Shown piece by piece: positions 56,668-64,000 of a DNA stretch of 64,000 nt. Under the pieces are notes generated by a model. That model was given only the letters and a program-made list of their open reading frames with translations. It did not search any database and was not told the origin of the DNA. The translations under genes were made by a program, and so were the position numbers. Origin of the DNA: Thermoplasmatales archaeon (GTDB lineage: Archaea; Thermoplasmatota; Thermoplasmata; Thermoplasmatales; GCA-001856825). The stretch's first letter is position 1, and every line of letters begins with the position of its first letter. The stretch covers positions 4,550 through 68,549 of the forward strand of contig JAJSLL010000008.1 of the NCBI GenBank assembly GCA_026127935.1, in the 5' to 3' direction.

Positions 56668-57772
56668 TTCTCCTTCTGAAAATGGAAATGATCACTCCAA
56701 AACTCACACCTAGCGCTGTCAATACTATAGCGACCGTGAGGTAATACGTCTTTACGGCACCCGTCAGGAGGGCATAACTGACGAAAGAAAGCAGCCCAAG
56801 TACAGCTGTGAAGAAGCTGATGTAGAAGAATGCAGAAAGAAGGTAAGCCTTGATCATCTCCACCCTCTTCCCCTTCTCATATATCAAAAATCCTTCCACT
56901 ATTCTTCCAGTGTCAAAGATCAGAATGGCAATGATTGTGATTGGGACTATCCTATAGATTAGGTCGATAATTCCGAGGACTGGAAGGTTGGTGTGAAGGG
57001 CAACGAGGAAACCGCTGTAAGTACCATATGCGAAGACGGCTACCGCGATGAGGAGTGAGAATACTGTGACCCTCGTGTTTATGAATTCCTCCATGAGCCT
57101 TGAGAAAGTCTCAGAGATTCTTTTTCCTGCGGAATACGCTTTACTCAGAAAATAAATTCCAATCGCAGAAACGACCGTCATGAATCCTGTTGTGGCAGGA
57201 TCCAGACTACCCAGTCCGTAGAGGTAAACCCTCAATCCTAGTACGAAGAGTATCGTGATTCCAAGAACGAGGAAACCCACCCCTATCGGTGCGAGTACTT
57301 TCCTCAGGAATTTCTCCTCCTTCAGCGCTTTTACAATGATATAATACATCGACTCGATTTGTGGGGCCTGCCTGACCGTCACCCGTTTTATTGCTCTTAT
57401 CTTGATTCTGCTCTGTATCAGAGGGAGTATGAAATCATCCTCTGCTCCATCTGAAACCACCACAACGTCAGATGGCTTTATCGTCGTTACTATTTCATCA
57501 ATCTGTTTTCCTAATATCTCATCTGATACAGTTCCCACATTCTTGTGGCCGCATATGGTCGCAATTTCAATCTCTTCCCCTGACTTTACAAGTGAGTCGT
57601 AGGTGGATATGGCAGAAAACAAGGCATTGGAATCTGAGTCTTCAGCGTCTGCCAGCATCAGGGAATTGGCTGCCGACAGGTTGGACTCCCTTCCGATTAT
57701 GGGGGATCTTATTCCGGCCTTCTCACCAAAATCGTTGTCCCTGTCGACGCATAGGACTAAAGTCTTGCTCAT
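56600..57772 (-). CDS. DUF373-family archaeal membrane protein
   Basis: Soluble N-terminal domain 'LVLCVDRDNDFGEKAGI..PIIGR' followed by about 7 TM helices. Confidence 0.7.
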   Translation of the reverse strand: MSKTLVLCVDRDNDFGEKAGIRSPIIGRESNLSAANSLMLADAEDSDSNALFSAISTYDSLVKSGEEIEIATICGHKNVGTVSDEILGKQIDEIVTTIKPSDVVVVSDGAEDDFILPLIQSRIKIRAIKRVTVRQAPQIESMYYIIVKALKEEKFLRKVLAPIGVGFLVLGITILFVLGLRVYLYGLGSLDPATTGFMTVVSAIGIYFLSKAYSAGKRISETFSRLMEEFINTRVTVFSLLIAVAVFAYGTYSGFLVALHTNLPVLGIIDLIYRIVPITIIAILIFDTGRIVEGFLIYEKGKRVEMIKAYLLSAFFYISFFTAVLGLLSFVSYALLTGAVKTYYLTVAIVLTALGVSFGVIISIFRRRNAKGFEEHSTEHTTSQKDSRDL

Positions 57773-57984
57773 TTGACTACAAAGTACCCCGCACTTTTCT
57801 GCCTGACAACCCTCTTTACATAACCCTTGTTCAGCAGCTCCTGCAGGGCATTGGTAACGAGACCCTTGCCCATGGAGGCTGCCTTCATAATGTCGTCGGC
57901 AGTCTTCATCTTGTCTTCAGCAGTGGAACCCAGTCGTTTGAGGGAGTCATAAACTTTTTGAGCGGGTGGTGTAAGATCGCCCAT
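57769..57984 (-). CDS. Small winged-helix DNA-binding protein
   Basis: 71 aa; '..ADDIMKAASMGKGLVTNALQELLNKGYVKRV' looks like an HTH plus wing. First gene of an overlapping operon. Confidence 0.5.
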   Translation of the reverse strand: MGDLTPPAQKVYDSLKRLGSTAEDKMKTADDIMKAASMGKGLVTNALQELLNKGYVKRVVRQKSAGYFVVK

Positions 57985-58144
57985 TTATATTCACCGTTCT
58001 AATGAATGACTATTAAATATAAATATGATTTGTGAAATTTACTAATTCCGTTGACACGATTATCTTTTCGCTGTTTTCAGGACTCGGAACCAGCATAGAC
58101 CAAGTTGACACAAAGTATAGGATGAAGGAAGCATAACTAAATAG

Positions 58145-58759
58145 ATGCTTGAATCACTTGACGGAAGAATTGAATCTGTTATCTCAAACGACATTATTTT
58201 CGGAAAGATACTCAGCAGGAAGGAAGAATTCATTAGAAAGAAGGACGGAGGAATTGATGAAAAGTTCTCTGAACTAACATTTTGCACTCTGACGGCAAAT
58301 ACCTCAGCGGAAATGGGACTGAAATGTCAGGAATATTTGGACACACTCCAGCGATTCGACCTGGAGAGTTTGAGAACTGCTCTCGAATACTGCCATTACA
58401 GATTTCCTAACACTAGGTCCAAATTCATATCTCAAAATTTTAGACACAAGAATTTGCTTGATGAAATACTGGATTCGGATCAAAGAAGAGACAAGCTGAT
58501 CGAGACCTATATGGGAATCGGAATGAAAGAAGCGTCTCATTTTTTGCGAAACATAGGATACTTCCAGTATCCCATTCTTGACAAACACATCCAAAGATTC
58601 CTTTCCAGCTACTACGGGAAGGAAATCAAGATCAAGAACAGAAAAGACTACCAAAGGGAAGAGATCCTATTCCTAGATATTTCGAAGAAATATGACCTGG
58701 AACCTGGAATCATGGACCTTGTTGTTTGGTACCTTATGACCGGAAAGATTCTGAAGTGA
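58145..58759 (+). CDS. ogg: 8-oxoguanine DNA glycosylase/AP lyase, archaeal Ogg2-type (HhH-GPD)
   Basis: '..FCTLTANTSAE.. ..GIGMKEASHFLRNIGY...PILDKHI.. ..WYLMTGKILK' closely parallels M. jannaschii Ogg as I recall it. Confidence 0.8.
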   Translation: MLESLDGRIESVISNDIIFGKILSRKEEFIRKKDGGIDEKFSELTFCTLTANTSAEMGLKCQEYLDTLQRFDLESLRTALEYCHYRFPNTRSKFISQNFRHKNLLDEILDSDQRRDKLIETYMGIGMKEASHFLRNIGYFQYPILDKHIQRFLSSYYGKEIKIKNRKDYQREEILFLDISKKYDLEPGIMDLVVWYLMTGKILK

Positions 58760-58971
58760 GGTTTCTGCTCCATGCCGCTGGAACCTTTTCCCGTCACTTG
58801 GAAAGATACAATATTGCTTTTGCTGCCTCCTATGGTTTGGTGATCGTTGGGAAGTGACCAGAGTCGATGATTTTGTATTCTCCCTCAACCTTTCGCCATT
58901 TTCCTGCGAACTACTTTAGACGACAATTTTCATTAGGTCGTAAGAGCTTAGGATTTCTCTGGAGTCAAGAC

Positions 58972-59901
58972 ATGAGAGCTACCCTTGCAGTTGGTGGAAA
59001 TGCCTTGTTGGAGAAGTACGATAGGGGAACTGCTGAAGAGCAGATTTACAGAGCTGAATTGACTGCTAGGAAGACTCTTGAATTTTTCAGGAGCAATGAA
59101 GTAGTTCTTACTCACGGGAATGGACCTCAGGTAGGGGCAATACTGTTGCAAAACGAGTTCTCCAGCTCGGTAAGTCCAGCAATGCCTCTCGATGTCTGTG
59201 GAGCCATGTCACAGGGAAATATTGGATATTTTTTGCAGACTTCTTTTCAGAAAGTATTCGATGAGTCGGGGATAGACAAGAAAGTGGTAACAGTAATCAC
59301 AAGGACCGTAGTTGAAAAGGATGATCCTGCATTCAAGAATCCGACAAAACCAGTTGGCAAATATTACACAAGGTACGAAGCTCAGGTTTTGGAAGCAAAC
59401 AATGGATTTGTTATGCGGGAAGATGCTGGACGAGGATATAGAAGGGTCGTCCCTTCTCCTAGACCGGTCGACATTGTTGAGATAGAGCAGATAAGATATT
59501 TGATGAACGAAAGGTTCGTTCCCATCGCAGTGGGTGGCGGAGGGATACCGGTTATCAGAACAGATAGTGGATACACCGGCGTGGAAGCGGTCATAGATAA
59601 GGACCTGGCGTCGTCATTGATTGCGATCGAGTTGAATGTTGACATTTTCATAATCTTGACAGCGGTGGACGCAGCCTACATCAACTTCAATAAACCCAAC
59701 CAGGAAAAACTCGGAACTGTTGGAATAGATGAACTGAAGAAACTGAAGTCAGCAGGTCACTTCGCTGCCGGGAGTATGCTACCAAAGATAGATGCAGCAG
59801 TGAATTTCGTGGAAAAATCTGGTAGAAAGGCGATCATAACGAATGTAGAAAATATGAGTGATGCTTTGTCTGGCAAAGCTGGAACAATAGTGACGGCTTA
59901 G
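58972..59901 (+). CDS. arcC: Carbamate kinase
   Basis: '..LAVGGNALL.. ..THGNGPQVG.. ..GGGGIPV.. ..IDKDLAS..'. The start is moved to the ATG at 58972; the track ORF adds 35 implausible residues. Confidence 0.9.
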   Translation: MRATLAVGGNALLEKYDRGTAEEQIYRAELTARKTLEFFRSNEVVLTHGNGPQVGAILLQNEFSSSVSPAMPLDVCGAMSQGNIGYFLQTSFQKVFDESGIDKKVVTVITRTVVEKDDPAFKNPTKPVGKYYTRYEAQVLEANNGFVMREDAGRGYRRVVPSPRPVDIVEIEQIRYLMNERFVPIAVGGGGIPVIRTDSGYTGVEAVIDKDLASSLIAIELNVDIFIILTAVDAAYINFNKPNQEKLGTVGIDELKKLKSAGHFAAGSMLPKIDAAVNFVEKSGRKAIITNVENMSDALSGKAGTIVTA

Positions 59902-60548
59902 ACCTTTGATATCTTACCGTCGTTGAACTTAATCTTGTTGTTGTGCTCCAACCAGGATAAAGTTTCGTCGAATTCTCTATGAGAGATGAACAGGTCATTT
60001 TTCTTATGCAGACAATATTCAATTTCCTCCTTTGTCATTGAAGTTCCCATGCATCCGAGGATGAGATTCCTGAAATCCTCCTTCTTGTTCCACGGGAATA
60101 TGAACCATTTCCAGTTGTCAGCCGTTATCTCTTCTGCAAAGTAGTCGGGTACGACTTCTGATTTGTTGATGTGAAGGAACGTGGCCGTTTTGACTATCTT
60201 AGGATTCTTCTGTTTTGTCGCTTCAATTGCAAGTTTTATAGATTGGCCTGTATCGGTTATGTCATCGACCACCAGAACAGATCTTCCGCTCAAGTCCTTG
60301 ACTATGGGATAAGTCACAGCAGCCTTCCCATCAGGTGTTGCAGTGATACCCCAGTGTTCCGTCTTGAGTGTAAAAATATCTTTTATGCTAAGATAATCCG
60401 AAACTATTCGTGCAGGTACCAGTCCTCCTCTGATGACAGAGATGACACAATCGAATTCGAAATCCCCGATTTTCTCAACGATTATTTCGGCCCATCTTTC
60501 AATTTCTTCCCAGCTCACAACCCTCGAGGGAACCCTTTGAAAGTCCAT
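59898..60548 (-). CDS. Purine phosphoribosyltransferase-like protein with a C-terminal extension
   Basis: PRPP-binding loop VLVVDDITDTGQS. The start is set at the ATG at 60548 (MDFQRVP..). Confidence 0.7.
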   Translation of the reverse strand: MDFQRVPSRVVSWEEIERWAEIIVEKIGDFEFDCVISVIRGGLVPARIVSDYLSIKDIFTLKTEHWGITATPDGKAAVTYPIVKDLSGRSVLVVDDITDTGQSIKLAIEATKQKNPKIVKTATFLHINKSEVVPDYFAEEITADNWKWFIFPWNKKEDFRNLILGCMGTSMTKEEIEYCLHKKNDLFISHREFDETLSWLEHNNKIKFNDGKISKV

Positions 60549-60668
60549 TATTATCAAGTCATAGTGTTTCTCTTTATTTAAGCTCTTTTTAGACGAGGAA
60601 CCAGTGCAGCTTGTGCCTATTGAATTGTTACAAGAAAAGGGTTTAAGCCAAAAGTTCATTTAAGAGCG

Positions 60669-61409
60669 ATGAAAGTTGTGTATGGCAACGACGATGTTGC
60701 CGGCAGGAACATGAGTTATTTCCTTGAGAAGAATTTTGCAGTTGACGTTATAGCACTCGAAGGGCATCCAATCTATCACGACTATCCCGAGAAAGAGGCA
60801 GGCGCAAGAAAAGGTGAGCTGATTATAATCCCGAGCCAGCACAAGAGCCTCAAGAATGTCAGGAGTCTCACCGTCCATGCAGCTGGGAACTTCGACACAA
60901 ATGACTATGGTGGAGCAAAGCATAAGATGACACTATACGACGGGAAGTATGCTCGCGGAGTTCTTATGAACATCAACAAGTATGCCCAAGGATTGAATTT
61001 TGAGGTCACGTACGAAGCCACTCACCACGGTCCTTATTCTGAAAATCCGCTGGTGTTCGTGGAGATCGGTTCTAGCGATTCCGAATACGGAGACAAGGAA
61101 ATTGGATACATGATGGCAAGGGCGATTTACGAATCATACGATGAGGAGGCTGAGATTTACTGTGGAATCGGCGGAATGCACTATTCTAGCAAGTTCACCA
61201 AGATGGCGATCAATGAGGGATTGGCGTTTGGCCACATCGCCTCAAAATACAGGTTCGCGTCCCTCACTCCGGATTCCTTGAATGAAATGTTTCAGAAGTC
61301 TATCGGGGCTGGGGGTTTCCTGATAGAGAGCAAGTCCTTTGATTCCCTGCAAAAGAATTCACTCAAGAAGATGCTAGATTCGAAATCCCTTAACTACAGA
61401 TTTGTTTAA
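60669..61409 (+). CDS. dtdA: D-aminoacyl-tRNA deacylase, archaeal type (DTD2)
   Basis: '..TYEATHHGP.. ..FVEIGSS..' motifs. Confidence 0.85.
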   Translation: MKVVYGNDDVAGRNMSYFLEKNFAVDVIALEGHPIYHDYPEKEAGARKGELIIIPSQHKSLKNVRSLTVHAAGNFDTNDYGGAKHKMTLYDGKYARGVLMNINKYAQGLNFEVTYEATHHGPYSENPLVFVEIGSSDSEYGDKEIGYMMARAIYESYDEEAEIYCGIGGMHYSSKFTKMAINEGLAFGHIASKYRFASLTPDSLNEMFQKSIGAGGFLIESKSFDSLQKNSLKKMLDSKSLNYRFV

Positions 61410-61410
61410 C

Positions 61411-62322
61411 CTAGAGAGAGGCTACAATTAGTGGGAGCAAGACTGTTGCTTCACCTTCTATCAGGACCTGCTTTGCACGCGGTTTTATCTTTCCCCAGGA
61501 AACAGCTTCCCTTGGCTGCGCTCCCGAGAGGCTTCCATCAAATTCCTGAGCTGTTGTTATGTAGATCGCGTAGTCCAGCCCACCCCTGAACTGGTTCCAC
61601 CATATCACGTGGTGCTTTGAGATTCCGCCGCCGATAATGATTGCTCCCATTTTCCTTTTGGCAGAGTTGAAAACAATTTCGCTAAGTCTGTGCTCATCCT
61701 CCAGTGAATCGATAGCAAAATCGTGATTCATTTCCCAGAAAGACCAGAGCTGTGATCCGAACGATCCATCTGTATATCCTGGTATGAAAACGTCTACTCC
61801 GTTTTCGTATGCGGCATTTAGGATTGAGTTCTTTTTCATTTGCTTTCCCAGATCTCTGAGAAGGTCCGTTATTGTCCACTTCTTTTTCTTCTCATATTCT
61901 TTTTCAAGAAACGGCATCATCTTTTCTTCTATGATCTTCCCGTAGTGATCCTGCGGGATTACCACATTACCAAGTCTGTATTTCTTCTCCCTGAGAAGCA
62001 CGGCATCATTGAGCATGAAGTCACCACGGTAGTAGTTCTTGTAACTCCGTGCCAGATCGTGGTCGACAGTTCCTGCTGTGGTGATTATGTGGTTTACGAT
62101 CCCTGAATTTATCAGGTCCACTATTGCACCTCTGGTACCGGTAGAAACTATGTCAGCAGTGAAGCTGAGGAACGTTTCAACCTTGTTCTTCTTCATCTCT
62201 TTGATGATTTCGACCGCCGCTCCAAGCTTTGGTGCAGTAAATCCTCCAGAATGCTCAAACTGGTACAGAAGTTCTGAGACTTTCATCCCCCTTCTGGTCC
62301 TTACGTCCTCAACAGGTTTCAT
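61411..62322 (-). CDS. dys: Deoxyhypusine synthase
   Basis: '..SFTADIVSTGTRG.. ..ITTAGTVDHD.. ..IGGGISKHH..' motifs. Confidence 0.9.
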   Translation of the reverse strand: MKPVEDVRTRRGMKVSELLYQFEHSGGFTAPKLGAAVEIIKEMKKNKVETFLSFTADIVSTGTRGAIVDLINSGIVNHIITTAGTVDHDLARSYKNYYRGDFMLNDAVLLREKKYRLGNVVIPQDHYGKIIEEKMMPFLEKEYEKKKKWTITDLLRDLGKQMKKNSILNAAYENGVDVFIPGYTDGSFGSQLWSFWEMNHDFAIDSLEDEHRLSEIVFNSAKRKMGAIIIGGGISKHHVIWWNQFRGGLDYAIYITTAQEFDGSLSGAQPREAVSWGKIKPRAKQVLIEGEATVLLPLIVASL

Positions 62323-63323
62323 TTGAATTCCTCCATTAGAAGTTTCCTCTCCGGATTGCTCTCGAAGTATTTCTTCGATGGCTCAAGAATCTTGATCAGC
62401 TTGCGGGAAAGACTCTCTTTGAGATCTGAAGGATGAATTTTCCCTTCCACGAAGTCACGTTCTAGATCGGCATATGTTGCATACTCCTCCCTCTCCCCTA
62501 TCTGGACGCCATCGTTGTAGAAATTGAAAACTATGTTCTTGTAGATCTGAAGAATCGGGTTTCCTTCAACTGTCTTCTCCGGACAGAAAGCTGACTTAAT
62601 CTTCCTTGAAATATCTTCGGGAGAATCATGAATAAATATTGCAGAGTCCGCCTTGCTCTTGCTCATCTTGTTCATTGGGTCCATCCTGTTCCCACCCTTG
62701 AGTGATGAGATTAGATGGCTGTGTATCGCAACAAACCCTTTCTTCCCCACTTTCTTGTGAATGTCTCTCGCAAGCATATGGACGTGCCTCTGATCCATTC
62801 CTCCAAATGCCACGTCCAGGTCCATGTAAAAAATATCAGTTGCCTGCATCATCGGGTAGATCAGCTTTGAGGAATCTTTGTCGGCGTCTTCCTCGTTTCG
62901 TCCCATTATAGGAAGTGCTCTTTTTATCCTGGAGATGGTGAGCGCCTTTGCTACCCTAAGAAGAAGAGCCCAGTAATCGGAATTTGCCACAAGTTCCGAA
63001 GCGTAAAGAAATTTCACTTTCGGATTTAGACCGCAAGATAGGAACCCCTGCCTCATGTATTCGGCATTCCTCCTAATTTTCTCCATGTCCCCACCAAACT
63101 TGTCGTTTACTGCGGCATGCCAGTCTGCTAGGAGAAGTGTCATCTCTATTCCAGCTTCAGCAGCGAGGTTGAAAATGTTAGTCCAATATAGACCCGTTCC
63201 AATGTGTAGGGGACCAGACGGCTCGAAGCCAGCATATCCCTTAGCAGCATCTAGTGATCTCAGTTCCTCTGCGGTTATTACTTCCTGGACAACTGATTCC
63301 AACCTGGAAAGGTCTTTCAGCAT
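62319..63323 (-). CDS. tyrS: Tyrosyl-tRNA synthetase
   Basis: Class I HIGH-type (GPLHIGTG) and KMSKS motifs; archaeal TyrRS size and sequence (..GFEPSG.. ..LLADWHA..). Confidence 0.9.
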   Translation of the reverse strand: MLKDLSRLESVVQEVITAEELRSLDAAKGYAGFEPSGPLHIGTGLYWTNIFNLAAEAGIEMTLLLADWHAAVNDKFGGDMEKIRRNAEYMRQGFLSCGLNPKVKFLYASELVANSDYWALLLRVAKALTISRIKRALPIMGRNEEDADKDSSKLIYPMMQATDIFYMDLDVAFGGMDQRHVHMLARDIHKKVGKKGFVAIHSHLISSLKGGNRMDPMNKMSKSKADSAIFIHDSPEDISRKIKSAFCPEKTVEGNPILQIYKNIVFNFYNDGVQIGEREEYATYADLERDFVEGKIHPSDLKESLSRKLIKILEPSKKYFESNPERKLLMEEFK

Positions 63324-63595
63324 GATTCGACAAATATTCTCTTTATTTCATTGTTACTATAGCCAACGTTGTTTGGACTACTTTCCCTGCATACCCTCTC
63401 TCTTCTATTTCAAGACGATATCGAACCCTCTTACTCCCACGCATCTTTTGGCAGCAGTTCATAATATCTCGTCTACTCTAACTTATCATCGACGTAATCT
63501 CGGCGTGTATGAACGGCATATGGTTTGAATGAGGTACCCCGGCGATTAGGATCCTGAACCTAAAGGACCCCACCGAAATTATTAATGCGAGGATG

Positions 63596-64000
63596 TCAGA
63601 GCCAGATTGCGTGGCGTTTTCTCAGATCTGCTTCCTTCTCTCCTCTTGCTTTCATAAGAAGTGCGACAATTGAATCAAGAAGAATGTGGGAGGATGCTTC
63701 AAAGAGAGTTCCCAGAGGGGCAAGATCCGATGACTTGTTTGTCTTCAGAACTATCCTGAAATCGCTTGCCTTGTAGATCGAATTCTCTTTAGATGAAGTG
63801 ATGGAAATTATCTTCGCGTTCACTTTCCTGCAAATTTGCGCCACCAGAAGAGCACCCTGCGTCTCTCCCGTTCCTGATAGCAGGACGACAGAATCTTTTG
63901 CCGTCACAACAGGCGCTATTGTTTCTCCAACAAAGTAGGCATTGAAGCCCATTTGCACGAGTCGCATGGCGAACATTCTTCCGACTATGCCTGACCTCCC
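63596..64000 (-). CDS. SIS-domain sugar isomerase (6-phospho-3-hexuloisomerase-like); 5' end lies outside the window
   Basis: 'GRSGIVGRMFAMRLVQMG..VLLSGTGET..' SIS motifs. The frame is open to the window edge, upstream of the Met chosen by the track. Confidence 0.75.
   Translation of the reverse strand, partial: GRSGIVGRMFAMRLVQMGFNAYFVGETIAPVVTAKDSVVLLSGTGETQGALLVAQICRKVNAKIISITSSKENSIYKASDFRIVLKTNKSSDLAPLGTLFEASSHILLDSIVALLMKARGEKEADLRKRHAIWL

Noticed and set aside
63324-63595. 272-nt spacer between the SIS isomerase and tyrS genes. I checked it for a small RNA or small ORF; a 39-aa minus-strand ORF MNCCQKMRGSKRVRYRLEIEERGY.. is present.
   Set aside because: It has no tRNA-like or other recognisable RNA structure, and the ORF has no recognisable family or clear promoter.
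1-64000. Search for CRISPR arrays, IS elements or transposases, integrases, toxin-antitoxin pairs, restriction-modification or other defence islands.
   Set aside because: No spaced direct repeats, no DDE or tyrosine-recombinase motifs and no recognisable defence genes were seen on either strand. The only substantial repeat is the internal pstS duplication.

Overview
All calls below come from reading the sequence and ORF translations and recognising motifs. No database search was possible. This is an archaeal chromosomal segment. It has split rpoA'/rpoA'', an unsplit rpoB, rpoH and rpoN, r-proteins L13, S9, L18e, L30e, L31e, L39e and S19e, aIF6, proteasome beta, archaeal DnaG, membrane LonB, aCPSF1, pelota and three tRNAs. 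Gene content and order look most like a Thermoplasmata-type euryarchaeon, but that is inference only. Most of the window is conserved informational and housekeeping genes in tight, often overlapping operons, plus a pstSCAB phosphate-uptake operon and a kdp(F)ABC potassium pump operon. I found no CRISPR array, rRNA, transposase, integrase or recognisable defence system, and I cannot honestly point to a clear novel multi-gene system. Seven observations are worth a second look. (1) pstS encodes two complete phosphate-binding domains fused in tandem, with near-identical DNA tracts between the halves. (2) Five frame or start anomalies are present, four of them in homopolymer runs. They affect an O-methyltransferase (which also has two in-frame TGA codons), a small gene remnant (which also has TGA at a likely Trp position), a YciI-like gene, cgi121 and the start of rpl13. 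This points either to real gene decay or to indel errors in the assembly. (3) RNA polymerase carries apparent lineage-specific additions: a 4-Cys zinc-ribbon insertion in RpoB and an N-terminal extension of about 120 aa on A''. (4) The Lhr-type helicase is 1698 aa, and its C-terminal half is unassigned. (5) Two real genes fall below the 60-aa cut-off of the ORF track: rpl39e and a 58-aa CxxC..CxxC zinc-ribbon protein. (6) A DapB-like protein lacks the catalytic His-His pair and sits between two tRNA genes. (7) The kdp operon has no kdpDE, but a stand-alone RAM-domain gene and a possible kdpF micro-ORF lie directly upstream.
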